A stretch of 64,000 bases of DNA from Octopus sinensis (taxonomy: Eukaryota). The stretch spans positions 103,106,001-103,170,000 of the forward strand of contig NC_042998.1 in NCBI RefSeq assembly GCF_006345805.1, in the 5' to 3' direction. The notes under the pieces are model-generated. The model was not told the DNA's origin. It was given only the letters and a program-made list of their open reading frames with translations, and ran no database searches. Below are positions 25,521 to 40,271 of this stretch, piece after piece. Numbering within the stretch: position 1 is the first letter of the stretch; each line of letters starts with the position of its first letter. A program made the translations under genes and the position numbers.

Positions 25521-25894
25521 AAACAACAACATAATCTTTTGCTGAATCTACTTTTTGTCATCGACTTAGAAAACTAAATCAATGCCGATGTTAAGCAATT
25601 CTGGTGGTTATTTGAAAATAAATTGTAAACGTTCTTACTTTTAACTGATCCATATAACAGTAAATCTCTTCGGATGAATTAACTGAAATATTAAAACAGG
25701 GTGTTTGTAGTTGAAGTTGCAAATACACTTACACATGTCTCTGTATTTTAGCCAATTCAAACGAGAAACTAACATGTGTGGGTACGCAAATAAAAAAAAA
25801 GCAAGCCATTTATTAATCTTTTTACTAGTAACTCTTTGCTAAACTCTATTTCTCTCTCTTTCCATCTCTCTGATGTCTCCTTTTCCTTCTCACG

Positions 25895-25975
<81 letters not shown>

Positions 25976-26183
25976 ATCTGCATGAAGTAAACACTACTGA
26001 TGAAACAGTAATGACATATCAAACTGCTCAAGATGCAGCTCAGTCATTCGGCAGAGATTTAAAGTATAGCTTATATTTGTACAGCAGTTTTTAATAGATG
26101 GCTGCATGAAACTTACACGCAGCGAAAGTCACACACACACACATTACATACATATATGCACATACATACGCACACGCACACCA

Positions 26184-26419
<236 letters not shown>

Positions 26420-26799
26420 AGAAAGAGAGTGGAAGAAAAAGAGAGAGAGAAAGAGATAGATATTAAGCGAACTAGCTGAAAATGCACTTGGAATCTCAAA
26501 GATATATTGACACTTACATCCGCTACTTTAAGTAAATGGAAATACAGTTTATTCAACACACAAAGTGCGTTTTCAATTTGTTTTGCACATCATGCTATAC
26601 ATTATAAGTGTCTGTCTATCTGTCCATGTCTATTTATCATCTCGCTAACTAACGATATAACTAAATTCCAACAAATTCGGATTTTATCGTCATCATCATC
26701 ATCATCAACACGTTCACCTTCATCATCGTCATCATCATTATCTGATGGCTACTCACCCCTTATTTTGCTGGGTATGATGGAAAGTATCAGCTGTCCACA

Positions 26800-27005
26800 A
26801 CCAGCAAACTAAGGTGACACTTGTTTACTGGTGATGCTTCAAGAACCCTGCAAAGAATTCTTGCAATTCCAAGCAATGCTGATTTTCGTAGGTGTTCTGT
26901 CTTTACATTTGTACCAATATTTTTGAAACAAGTTGATGACGAAATCAATGTTAGGATTTCTATGGCTACAAATACATTTCTTATCGTTTCCGGGATGAAC
27001 ACAGT
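26800..27005 (-). mobile_element. 3' end of an RLE-type (R4/Dong-like) non-LTR retrotransposon
   Basis: C-terminal motif EHLRKSALLGIARILCRVLEA, matching the typical QKSALLGTARILRKVL. Confidence 0.7.
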
Positions 27006-27044
27006 GTCAGTCTGAAAAATAAAATATATTGTATTTTGAGTACA

Positions 27045-27330
27045 CTTTTGTATGGGGCAGAATCATGAACTCCTTACTATAGACATATAGGCTAACTTGA
27101 AATCTTTCACATGTGTTGTCTACGCAATATCTGCTACATAAGATGGCATAAGATATCAAATATCAAAATCTTAGAAAAATGTATGACCAACAAGTAGGTA
27201 AAGAGAGACACATCCTTAGTTTTAAGAATAAGTTCAAGTAATCACTAAAGTCTCTACAACTGAACTTGACATCTTGGGGAAAATTATTGCCTAACTCGAA
27301 CTGCATGGCGTTAAATTTGTCATTTCAAGT
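27045..27330 (+). mobile_element. RTE-clade LINE fragment
   Basis: LYGAES(W)TPYYRHI…SFHMCCLRNICYIRW remnants. Confidence 0.65.
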
Positions 27331-27624
27331 TGAAGAAACAATAAAAGAATTATATCCTGCAATTAGCAGACACATTTGACTAATCCCAGACAAAATCAAG
27401 ATCACCAGTGTTCCCATTGAGACTTCATAGCAAAATTCATTCCTCGACTCAAATTTTATTCACGCATCCATCGGAAATAGATGCGGTTTCATTTGTTCTA
27501 TTTTTAAAAGTTTTTTCCTCTTTTTTCTCACACTTTTTTTCTCATTTTGCTCTTCTTTATTTCTTTAAGTCCTCTATATGAAACACTCATACGTCGAAAC
27601 CGACGGAAGAGACCATCATCATCA

Positions 27625-27955
<331 letters not shown>

Positions 27956-30202
27956 ATCTGTTGCTATTATTGCGATTGATATTGTTACTGTTGTTGTTGT
28001 CGTTGCTGTTGTTGATGGCTATGGTGCTGCAGGTGGGGGTGATGTTGATGATGGCGGTACTGAAGGTATTATTGTTGTTGTTGCTGCTGTTATTGTTTAC
28101 ATTATTGTTTTCACTTCTGTAATTATAAGTGTGCTTTTGATGCTGTTATTCTTCTTAATAATTTCAGCGGGACCAGATCAGTAGTGTATTTACTTTTATT
28201 CCATTAGTTTGAGTAGCATCCATGTCCTGACATTAATTAAATTAATTTATCTCAGCCATTATCATTAACCTTACATGTGACCTTTTCCCTATGTCAGAAA
28301 ACTATTATTGTTCATCTTCCGAGTAAATAATATTCATATTTAAGAAATCCAATTCAGTACATTCAAAATTAATAAACATGTTGACGGTTATAAATAAAAG
28401 TATTCAAATTTAATAGGTATGTCCAATATTACCGCCAACTTTGAAAAACAGACAAAATCTTCGATTATGATTAACGGTTTATTGTTGGAATCGAAAATAA
28501 TTAATGGAGTAAAAGTTCTGAGATCAGTTCCATGCATTGTATAATCCTGAGATCAATTGGGCGATTCATAAATTATTCATGCACCTAATAAAATGTAAAT
28601 TAATATGGGGATTACTTTAGACAAATTTCAGTTAGTTAAGTGGTTTTCCAGAGCGTGAATCCCGATAGGTGGTTGACGTAACTTTACCGATGCTACCAGC
28701 ATTTATATTTTCAGAAACGACAGGATTTCATCTATGTGGCCAATTGATCTAATTGTGTAAGCAGTACACATTTTCAAATTTCATTCTATCCTTTTTTAGA
28801 AGTCATGGGCTAACGTGGCTCTGGTAGCACTGTGACAACTGGAACTCTATAATCTATGTGAAAAGGCTTTTTATTAATCAACTCAATCAAAACTAACCTG
28901 AGTCGAAATATCAAAGTCAATAGAAATGACATCAATGCAAATAACACCCCATTTCGTTCTACTAAAAATACAGAAACTTATACCTAATAAAAAGAATCTA
29001 GCATTTTCTGAGGAAACACGAATTAAAATAGTTGTATCTATGAAACACTGATTGAAATGCTTTCTATGTATAGTAAATTCCAACGGGGTTTTTGAAATAT
29101 CTAATTAGGTAGTAAGATTTCCCTAACTTGTGTACAAGCGACAAGCTGGATTACGCAGATCAAGCTGATAAATAACTGGTCAGATGTACTTGTTGCTTAC
29201 AACATTGATGTACCACATGAAATATCATTCTACAACTATAGAAGCTTATCTAAAGAAATTTAAATACGTTTTTCATTCATGGAGTGTAGCATTAATTACA
29301 TGATATGATACACTGACATTTCAGTTGTTAAGTCACTTTTAACCCTTCTATGGTAATCAGTCTCGTGCGTAACCATAAGAAATAATAGTAGATTTAGTAT
29401 GAATTTTCATTGAACTGCGGTAATGTAATTGCGATAGTGATTTGAAAGACAGACTAAATATTCTACACTATTTATTGCCACATTTCATTAACTTCACATA
29501 CCATCAATTTACACATTACTTTTCATCTCAATGAAATCAATAAGCTAAGTACTATTAATATGCAGATGTCGAGTTAACGATTCTATTCACTTTCTTTAGA
29601 AACATATATTTCCATTGTCAAAAGCAAAACAATATTTGGTGACAGACATTTGGAAATTACAGAAAAGAAAGAGTGAAATATTGCCTGGTCTATTACAGTT
29701 TACTAGCGCATTATTTAAGTTTGCTTGAAAAGAATTCTCATTTTTAAAATATAGTTTATTAAGTTCAAGTTAATTATCCGTTTTATAGTTCGTATTAAAA
29801 CCGTTAATAGTTTTCTTTAAATTCACGCAAGGTAATTAGATGCGTAGTAGTCACTTTTAATCTAAAGAAAAATTCTAATCAAAACAAAATCAAACAACAC
29901 AGCTGATATATATAAATGCTATGACTCATAGACTCTCAAAACCTCGAACACAAATGAGGGTCTGAATTCAGTTCTCTCTATCATCTGTAATTTCTCCGAA
30001 TTGTGAACAGTAACTTAAGGGTTCGATTTCAATCGATAACACGGGCCTTGAAATAATTTCAAGTATTGTTTACATTAAACCCAACACATTTTGTAATTAG
30101 AGTTTTATAAGAAGATAAATATTAATAAAGAATGAACATACTCAAGTTAAACTATAAAAGTAATACGAAATACAACTATTTCATGAATGTAGGAGACAAG
30201 TG

Positions 30203-30995
30203 GGATCTTTTCGGTTTGAACGGCAGTTTTTAAAAATAATTTCTATGTAACTAAAAAATTTTAAACTTCGTATACTGGACGAATGTGTTTATAAAACATC
30301 TTTTTCTCTTGGCTTTCTTGAGAAAATTCTATCGTTTGTAAGATATTTGGTCTTTCATTTCTTGCATTTCGGCAATTTGAACCAATCAATGACGTCTATT
30401 GAAGTGAAAACGATTTCTGCCGTAACATTTTATGGCGGCGTCATATGAAAATGTCCCTGTTTTTTATGAGAAAAAAGATACCCTGTGGCCATAAACTGAG
30501 GGGTCACTCGTAAACAGAGCTGGATAACAAAACCGTTCCCTCTTTAGTGTCCACCCATAATTATGACCCTAGTATCGATCTATTGCATTTCAATCTGTTT
30601 TAGGGTTAGGGTTAGAGTTAGGGTTAGGGGTTGGGTTAGCGTTAGGGTTAGGGTTTAGGTTAGGGTTAGGGGTGGGGGTGGGGGAAGGGTATCTTTTTTT
30701 CTTCAGAAATGTAAATAAAGCCAATCTGTTTCTTAAACGAGGGACATTTTCATATTTCACCGCCAGAAAATTTTACGACAGATAATGTTTTCACCTCAAT
30801 AGATATCATTGATTGGTTGAAATTACCAAAATTGAAGAAAATATCTTACAAATATCTCACAAACTACAAAATTTTCTCAAGAAAGCCAAAAGAAAAAGAT
30901 GTTTTATAAACACATTCTACCAGTATACGAATTTTAAAAGTGTTTATTTACATAGAAATTATTTTTAAAAACTGCCGTTCAAACCGAAAAGATCC
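30203..30995. mobile_element. MITE with about 270-bp TIRs, 8-bp TSD (GACAAGTG) and an internal TTAGGG array; Merlin- or hAT-like
   Basis: TIRs GGATCTTTTCGGTTTGAACGGCAG…/…CTGCCGTTCAAACCGAAAAGATCC. GACAAGTG at 30195-30202 and 30996-31003. (TTAGGG)-like run at about 30600-30672. Confidence 0.85.
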
Positions 30996-32455
30996 GACAA
31001 GTGACAGCAGCTTTCCATTAAAAATTTATTTAGCATTAGTGCTGCGACACTAGTTACAATTATGTTTGTGATAAGATATGATTTGGGTATAATAATATCA
31101 ATAAAAATGATATCTAGAATAATGGGCGGAACTGGAAATTTGATAGTTCGTTCTTTGGTACTCTCATTGGTCTCAGTCAATGATGATGGTCATCTATAAT
31201 GCAGTCCACCTCAAAATGTGATGGGTAGTTTACTTTTGCATTATAAAGTAGACTTTATGTGATAGTGTGGTGAGAGAAAGGGAGAGAAACAGAGAAGGAG
31301 AAAGAAAAACGGAGCGAGGGAGAGAAACAGAGAGAGAGAAACGAGGAGAAAGAGAAGAATATTAGAGAAAACTAATCTTTACTCTCAGTTTAGCTTAGAT
31401 CTAGACGATCTATGATAAAGATTTTCCACTCGTGATAATCCAGTGTTTCTTCCTGTCTTCCAATCATTTGTCTTGTGTGATGAACAATGTCATACACCAG
31501 AAACAAGTTTTAATCCTTTAGTTTATGGCCTATGTCGAAGCAACTCAAGTCTACATACAACATTAAAGGTATTACTCCCATCAAGCTATTCTATCCGACC
31601 CTCGAACAATTCTAACATTTCGCCGCCTGCTTGTAGCAAACAAAATATTGATCACTCACAGTGACCGATTCTGTTCAAGATGTCCCAAATATAAAATATA
31701 TAAATTATTTTGAAGTTATGAAATACGATAACACACAAATAAATTCAAAAACAGTTTCATGCGTAAGCTTGGAGAATGGACATGCCAGTGAAGTACTGGA
31801 TGGTGCGATGTGAAATAAAAACGCCCTGTAGGAAATTTGCTTGTTTGTTTATTGAATGGATAGAGTAGTTATTTGCATAAGAAAGCTGGTTACCAAATTT
31901 GTTTGATCATTACAGAAATGTCATGCAATAATTGTTCCTACTCATGGCGTACTGAGATCAATTCTCGGTGACATCAATTTTGCCTTTCATCATCACTCTT
32001 ACTGAATATTCTATTCTGCAATACGCTTTAGCCAGCGGTTCGGAAATTCTTCACAACGAGCGTGCTACAAAAAGCAATGAAAGAAAACAGAAAACATGGC
32101 GGGTGTGGACAAATGATTGCTGTATTTTGTATGACATGAATCGATTAAAAAAAGCTTAAATATTATTCTCATTTATTTTACATTTCAATACATACACAGT
32201 ATATAAAATTAAGTAGCACCCTGCTACTTAATTTTATCTTTTATCAGCTTAACGTCAAATAAAGCCAAATGCTATCTCTATATATTTTTCGAATAGTGTT
32301 CGGTGTGTGCATCACTATAAAGACAAATGATTCTTCCGAGGAAATTACGAGATGTTTTGTATTTTCTCTTGCTACAGCACCGTTTCGCATACAACCTTAT
32401 ATCTTTATATAACAATTTTAAACTCGCATCATTTACGCAAAATAAGAGTGCACTA

Positions 32456-33358
32456 TACAATGTATGATGAATAAGTATCCAGGCTGTTGTCATAGTAACA
32501 GTACTAAAGCATGCAGAGTAAAACCGCAAGGCACAGACTGACCTTGAACGTTGTTGTACATGCGCATTAAGTTTTAACATTATAGCTCACTTCAGCTGTT
32601 TACAGCAGTGCTTGGAAGGAAGGTGTGTAGAGTGTGATCGTCGCATTGACCATGACAGAGAAAGTTGTCAAAGCGATACTTGCTCTGAGACCTATGCAAA
32701 GTTGCAGAAAGTCTATGAAGAGAAGTGTATGAGTCGCACACATGTGCACGATTGGTTCAGATGATTCCATGATGGCCGCATAAATGTCAATATTAATGAA
32801 CGTTTTGGGAGACCCGCAAACCATCAGAACTGAGAAAAACATCGCAGTTCTGCTCGCAGCTGTGAGGGGAATTCGTCGAATCCCCATCCATGAGTTATCA
32901 GAGGATGTGCAGATTTGTTACGGTTCAGTTCAGTCCATTATCACTGTTATGGGTATGAGACGCGTGTCTGCCAAATTTGTGCTAAATTTGTGCTAAAACT
33001 GCTTTCAACTGACCAAAAAGACATTCGGATTTCAGTTGCACAATATCTGGATTGTGTCAAGAACAATGAGAACTTTTTGAAAACCTTATGTAGGCCTCTG
33101 AGCAGGTATCGCCAAGCTTTTGGCAAAATTTGATGCGGGTTCTCTGCTCAACTTTCTGTCATGGTCAATGCGACGATCACACGCAACACACCTTCCTTCC
33201 AAGTACTACTGCAAACAGCGAAAGTGGGCTAGAGAATTAAAACTCAGTGCGCATGCACAATAGTGGTCAAGGTCAATCTGTGACGGGCGACTTTACTCTG
33301 TGTGCTTTAGCTTCGTTACTATGGCAACAGTCCAGATACTTATCGATCAGACCACATA
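32456..33358 (+). mobile_element. Mariner deletion derivative with the 5' end duplicated in inverted orientation
   Basis: N-terminal transposase remnants (ETYAKLQKVY…HVHDWFR*FHDGR…MRRVSAKFV). About 33107-33358 is the reverse complement of the element's 5' end. Confidence 0.85.
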
Positions 33359-33381
33359 TTGCACTATATTGCACTATAGTC

Positions 33382-33800
33382 GCAGGCGTGGATGTGTGGT
33401 AAGAATTTTGCCTTCCAGCCACATTGTTCCGAGTCCAGTCTGACTGCGTGGCACCTCGGGCAAATGTCTTCTACTGTAGCCTCGAGCCCACCAAAGCCTT
33501 ATGAGTGGATTTGGTTGACGGAAAGAAAATGAAGCCCGACGCATATAGATATGTGTATATTTATATCACTATGTATGTGTGTCGGTATTTCTACCTCCAT
33601 CACTGTTTGACAACCGATGTTCGTGTGATTATGTCCACATAAATTAGAAGTTCGGCAAAAGAGACCGATAAAGTAAGTACTAAGCTTACAAAGAATAAGT
33701 CCTGGGGTCGATTTCTTCGACTAAAAAACCCTTGAATGTGGTGATCCAGCATGGTCTCAGTAAAAACAAAGAAACTGAAACATGTAAAAGAATAAAAGAA
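33382..33800 (+). mobile_element. tRNA-derived SINE, family A (diverged)
   Basis: cgcaggcgtggatgtgtggtaag…ccaaagccttatgagtggatttgg… and the family tail. Confidence 0.8.
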
Positions 33801-33886
33801 TATATTGAAACTCAAATGTATATATACATCAGATGGAAATTCAGACTGAATAGCAAATGCATTCCTGGCATGAATATCTCGTCTTT

Positions 33887-34320
33887 TAAGGCAGCGAGCT
33901 GGCAGAAACGTTAGCACGCCGGGCGAAATGCTTAGCCGTATTTCGTCTGTCGCTACGTTCTGAGTTCAAATTCCGCAGAGGTCGACTTTGCCTTTCATCC
34001 TTTCGGGGGCGATTAAATAAGTACCAGTTACGCACTGGGGTCGATATAATTGACTTAATCCGTTTGTCTGTCCTTGTTTGTCCTCTCTGTGTTTAGCCCC
34101 TTGTGGGTAGTAAAGAAATAGGTATTTCGTCTGCCGTTACGTTCTGAGTTCAAATTCCGCCGGGGTCAACTTTGCCTTTCATCCTTTCGGGGTCGATAAA
34201 TTAAGTACCAGTTACGCACTGGGGTCGATGTAATTGACTTAATCCGTGTGTCTGTCCTTGTTTGTCCCCTCTGTGTTTAGCCTCTGGTGGGTAGTAAAGA
34301 AATAAGTATTTCGTCTGTCT
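33887..34320 (+). mobile_element. SINE family B, tandem copies
   Basis: Full head, then the body repeated at about 34125-34320. Confidence 0.85.
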
Positions 34321-34339
34321 GTTACTGAAAATCTATTGT

Positions 34340-36858
34340 TGAAGTGTGTTCGTAAAGTAAGTTTCTAATTGTTATATCTGTTATACCTCTTGCTTTGTCT
34401 ATTGTTCGACTTATTGTTTAAAAATTGTATTATAGTTTTCTATCGAAAGCTATGGCGGTAGTCCTGGCAAACAGGAAGGATAATATTAACCTCCTGCAGG
34501 TTACCGTCACAGAGAATACATATTGGACTGGACAAACGTTCAACCTGTTACTGCAGGCAGAGCAGAAAATTTTAGAACAGCTCCCAGAAATAGTAGAAGT
34601 AGGGAGGGAGATTCAAAATACTCTTTTTGATGGGCGTAAGCCCCGATGTTTCTAGTGTGGTCAACTGAGTCACATTAAAAATATTGTAAAGAAGGTGAAG
34701 AAGAATCGGACGGTGAGGAGTAAGAAAGCGAGAGGAAGGAAAAAAAACAAAAGGAAAATGGAAGGCTCCAGCCAGCAAAAGCAGAGAAAGCCGACCCCCC
34801 CCCCAAAAAAAAACAGCAAAGAGAGACAGACCGAGGATAGCGGAGGGTGAGACGAAAAGAGGAATAGTTGCACTAAATAGCAAAAACGAGGACTTTGTGC
34901 GTGATATAAAAACAAAAGAATCAGCCACTAGGCTAATTGAACTATCAGACAAATATAAAAACTGAATTTTACGAATTGGACAAAAAACATATAATATCTT
35001 GTTTAACACGTATAGAAAATCAGTCTCATCATTGAGATTTGATTTTCATCAATCTATATTTCAAGACTTGCCACTTTCGACCCTAAGTCAAGAAACGGTG
35101 GAGAGTCCCTCTCCACAGGACGCCCCGATCTAAAAGGTAAGTCACATCTATTCACATTGTTTGTATAAATGTTCGTGGCCTGATGTCGAGTTGGAAGCAA
35201 GGGCGCTTCCTAAATGACATCAGGTCAAGAAATTTGGATGATATTGTTGCAACAGAAACCCGGGTGAAGGGGCCAAGAGATCTGCACCCCCTGAACGGCT
35301 ACGAGAAATACGTTTCTCCACTCGGGCGGGTGGTGGGAGCGGGCTGTTGATCCTACTGAAAAGAAACCGAGTAACCGAGAAAAGGTTGGCTTTTTTCTGA
35401 TCTAGAAGGCAGGCTGTTCGTTCTCAACCTGACTTTTAGTTGTGGCAAGACAATCAGGCTGGTTGCAATTTATGCACCCATCTTTATGGGTCTGCAAAGT
35501 GAATATTTTCGTGACTTTGGCAAGTTCCTGGCCACGTCGCATACGCTAGTATTGATAGGAGACTTTAACACAATTTGTGTCGAATATGAATAGAAAATGT
35601 AACCCTGGCTTTCGGGATTTGCTAAGTCACTTTCAACTGGCAGATCCATATAGGCTGGAACATCCCAACACTCCACAGTGGATGTGGTCAAATAGTGACG
35701 AGTCTTCAAGAACATATATAGATAAGGTTTTGATTATAAAAACAGATAAGTGTATAGCTAAGTGTCCACAGTTTCATCTAGTCAGCTACAATGATCACAA
35801 CATGATTACCTGGAAGCTGACAGTAGATAAGTTACTTAGACAGGGATCTGGCTACTGGAAACTCAATACGTCCATTTTGGTGATTGAGGTGTACAGAAAG
35901 CAGATCAAGAAGTTAATTAAGTGGGCATTGACAGGTACCATCATTAATAATAAATGGAGGTACGCCCTAAAAAGAGCCATAAAATAGAAGTCTATTAGGT
36001 TTAGCATAAGCTTAGCTAAGAAGGGGCGTAGAATAAGAGATGGTATAGTTAAGGAGCTAGAAGAAGCCTTGAGGTCTGGTAATGCGAACCAAGTGAAGGT
36101 AAGGAGACTGGAGTTGAACCAGTATCTTGAAACCCAACACAGGGAAAGTATTATCAGAGCTAAGTTACGTACTATGGGAAGTGAAGGAATCAAGGCCGCT
36201 GGATGGGCCCGAGTGGTGGAAGCTCGACAAGGAAATAGTTCCACTATTCGGTATATGACGAACCAAAACGGTGTCTTGGTAAACGAACTCGAGGAAATGT
36301 GTGAGGCATTTCGGGAGTACTTCGCCCAGTTGTTCGGAGGTGACAGCGATCCTGATAGGGGTGATAGGGGTGATAGGGTAGTCCTTGAGGACTTTCTTGT
36401 CGGGCTACCACGCCTCTCGGAGTCGGATGAGAAGGCTTGCGAGGGGCCGATCACGCCTGGGAAGGTGACGGAGGCTATGACTGACTGTAAAGTGAGTAAG
36501 TCGCCGGGACTTGATGGTCTTCTTTACGAGCTATATAAATGTATGCCAGACTTGTTCGGGCACCTGCTGGCTAGCGTGTACGCGAACTGGTAACAGAATG
36601 GGTTTATCCCCAGAACTGTGCGCCGGGGAGGGGGATGTTGATCAGAAAGGACCCGGACAAGTGAGACGTTTTAGATAATTTCAGGCCCATCACTCTGTTA
36701 AACGCAGAAGTGAAGATTTTGGCCAAAGTCTTAGCAAAAAAATTGGCGCGTGTCGTGAATGGTATAGTCAGGGAGGCACAGACATGTGCAGAACCATTCA
36801 GTATAGTCTCCAGGCAGAACCATTCAGTATAATCTCCATCTTATTCGCTATACCATAG
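34340..36858 (+). mobile_element. Tx1/L1-clade LINE: ORF1 with zinc knuckle, APE endonuclease and start of RT; 3'-truncated and frameshifted
   Basis: C F * C G Q L S H knuckle near 34650; APE motifs INVRGL, TETR, LIGDFN, YIDKVL, NDH and GYWKLN; linker; RT motifs KSPGLDGL and FRPITLLNAEVKILAKVLA. Confidence 0.88.
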
Positions 36859-36859
36859 C

Positions 36860-36970
36860 CTAGGTCGACTTTGCCTTTCATCCTTTCAGGATTCGATAAA
36901 TTAAGTACCAGATCTAATCGACAGGACTCCTCCCCAAAAAATTTCGGGCCTTGTGCCTAGAGTAGAAAAG
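36860..36970 (+). mobile_element. SINE family B fragment
   Basis: aggtcgactttgcctttcatcc…gggccttgtgcctagagtagaaa. Confidence 0.75.
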
Positions 36971-37266
36971 AAAAGAATATCTCATCTTTAATATATTTAC
37001 TTTATACTGAACTGCCTTGTCTAACGTATCCTTCCTATCTTTAAAAGGCCATTTGTTTATTTTTATCAGAGTCGTATGATCCTGTATGGGGTCAATTCTT
37101 GGATTGTAGTTTTATATCTATGAAGGATTAGATTTTGGAATCTGTCATGTGAATGAAATATTTGCAGACAATGAAAATTTAGTATTGGCATTTTATACAG
37201 ACTTATATTCCCTTTTCTCTCTCTCTCTCTCGCTCTCTCCCTCTTCTTCTCTCCCTTCTCTCTCTT

Positions 37267-37358
<92 letters not shown>

Positions 37359-39270
37359 CATATATATGTGTGTCAGTATGTGTCTAACAGACACACATAT
37401 ACACAATATGCACACACATTTATACATATATATTCACTCCCGCAAACTCACTCCTCATCTAAACATATCGAAGTAACTCATTCATTTATTTATCTATTTA
37501 TTTATTTTCGGAAACCAGCCATTAGACTTTTTTGCTAAAATTGCAAAGCTTATAAGTCAAGGTTAGAATAAGTTAACAATTATGCCAACATCAAACAATA
37601 CAGAATGAAGACAAAGACAGGCGTGCGAATGAGAATATCCAGTTTCATATTCTCAGTAGGGATGTCTAATTTTATATTATAAAGAAAGATGAGCCAAGAG
37701 GGATAACACAGAGTGGCCAGAAGCATATATCAACAACATAGACTAACGCAAGTTATCAAGTAACATACAGCAGAAATGATTGCTTAATTAAAATTACCTC
37801 CGCCTCTGAAGGATGTGTGATAACTCCCGAATAACAACTGAGATCCGCTCCATATAGAAGGAGAAATAATCTTCAGAATCACCAATTCTCCAAAGATGAT
37901 ATGTCATTAAAAAAAAGGACAGATTTATTGTCTGGAGATAAGAGAAGAGACGTGGACACGTGTTTCTACCTTAATAGGAAATATCAGCCCAGCAATTATC
38001 CTACCTTATATCCAGTAACTAAAAAACTTAGACACGAAAAGAATAAAATACATTTAAGGCCCATGTAATTTGCATAAAGGAAACAAAACAAAATGAGCCA
38101 CATGGTGATGACACCTTTTTGATGTAGAAACGCGTGTATAAACGCTAGACACAAAGTTTCTTCTTTTCCTTAATGGTACATCAGCTTTGGGGTAATTCTT
38201 TATCCTTGATATTATGTCTCTTTCTCATATGGACCTGGTCTTAATTGCCATTTGGTAGTTATGACATATTCCTTAGGGCGGAGATAATTTTAACAAATCA
38301 AGCTTAATTTTACTTACACAGTTAATGCTATTACGAATTTTTGGATGTCACAATATCACAACTTGCTCTTTCTAAAGCATATATTACACATCAGGTCGAC
38401 AAGAATTTATTTCATGAGCATATGATGTAAGTACTACAGGCTATATAAATATGCAGCCTTCAAGACGTTTCTCAACCTACGCGTTAGCTACAAAAATTTC
38501 TGTCAAATCACATTTCATCATTTTTAAAAAGTAAGGACGCATTGTCTAATATAGTTTTCAACGAATCTAACTGATAATTTCCTGGAAGGGTCACATCTGG
38601 AATGATTTGTTTATAATTCTGCATGATCAAACCTATGAATTCAGATCTAAACCGCAATATTCATATTTAATTTCATTTCATACAATAGGACAATTAAGTA
38701 AATTATTTAACAAATATTAATCTATTTACTAATAATTCATTTTTCCTTTCCTTTTTTTTTCTTTTTTAATAGCATTTGAAAATGTTGCTATAGCTTTCAA
38801 CGTCTGCGTTCGATAAATTCTTTCAAGAAATAAAAAAAAAACAATAACATTTCTAAGAACATTTATTTCTTCTGTTAATTATGCACTTTCGTATGTCATA
38901 AATTTTGATGTTTTAAGACAGTTTATATTGGTACCTTTGTCTGTTTATATGTTGTTACCTTCAAACTGAATGTTATTATATATTTTATGTATTGATCATG
39001 ATTAGACGGATTTTTATGATGTAAGCTGTATTCAGAACGGCCAATTATGCCAGTATTGACTTCGAATCACGTCTCTTTACTTACTTACGTTAAGCAATAT
39101 TGACATCAGCTTCCCATTCTAAACAAATCATCTTTGATGATATTTGTTAAATCAAAGTAACTCTAATCCGTACAATCACAAACACCCTCGTACATACATA
39201 AGCACAAACACACATTCACAAATCACATAGGCACGTGTGTGTGCATGTATGCCTGTGCATGCGTGTATGC

Positions 39271-39335
<65 letters not shown>

Positions 39336-39589
39336 AAGTTCTTCACAAGACAAAGTTTATCAAAACATGATTTTCAGTAAGTAAATATAATGAGTGTTCT
39401 GAAAACAATGTGTGTCGCTGTAAAGGATGTAGAAGTGAAAGGAGGCATCCTGAATATATATCCTACAAACATGATGCGTGTATTCATGGACATGTTCGCA
39501 TGCCTGTGCGTACACACACACACACAAATACACACACACACATATATACATATGAATATATATATATATTACATACACATACGCGTACA

Positions 39590-39673
<84 letters not shown>

Positions 39674-39796
39674 CTTACTTGGAGAAAAGAAACGAAACGA
39701 CGCGAGGGCGCTCAGTCATATAATAATTTAATAAATAAAATATATGCATACATACATACATATATGTACGTACCTACATCTATTTGTATATATACA

Positions 39797-39858
<62 letters not shown>

Positions 39859-39981
39859 TACAGGATACCACAAATAAACGTAGAACACAACGAGAAACGA
39901 AAACATAAAAACAAACTAGGGAACGGACTTTTTTTAGCAACGAAAAAACGAGAGTACAAGACAAACAATACAAGGAATATT

Positions 39982-40043
39982 CCCCTTCATCAGCTGTCCC
40001 TGGTTCGACTCAATGCGTGTTTCGAAGGTAAGGACAGAACACG
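39982..40043 (-). ncRNA. Candidate re-permuted (pseudoknotted) hammerhead-like motif, copy 1
   Basis: CGTGT-T^-CTGTCC-tta-CCTTC-GAA-ACACG-16 nt-GGACAG-CTGATGA-AGGGG. Confidence 0.45.
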
Positions 40044-40271
40044 ATCCGGTCGAAACAATCCTTCCTGCAAAAGAATTAAATAAAATTCTTTTGCAGAGGG
40101 GTAAATCAAGGACAGAAAAAAATGTGACAATTAAATAAAATTCTTTTGCAGAGGGGTAAAACAAGGAAAGAAAAAAAATGTGACAAGTCACATTTTTTTC
40201 TTTCTTTGTTTTACCCCTCTGCAAAATAATTTTATTTAATTCTTTTGCAGGAAGGACTGCTTCGACCGAAT

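Noticed and set aside
28300-29300. Non-repetitive sequence that looks like a decayed ORF (e.g. minus LFISLICVIQLVACTQ, IDYRVPVVTVLP); similar texture at 11200-11750
   Set aside because: Every frame has frequent stops and I could not match any family motif. A Cys-loop receptor or cadherin reading was considered and not supported. A tBLASTx search would decide.
30600-30672. TTAGGG array as a chromosome end or fusion scar
   Set aside because: Short, degenerate, and enclosed by MITE TIRs and a TSD.
35852-36454. 200-aa minus ORF (likewise 56255-56710 minus, 60942-61334 plus, 32600-32887 minus)
   Set aside because: Antisense shadows of recognisable transposon ORFs.
38101-38140. gTGATGA…GAAACGCGT hammerhead-like string
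   Set aside because: C3 is absent, stem II pairs poorly and there is no stem I.
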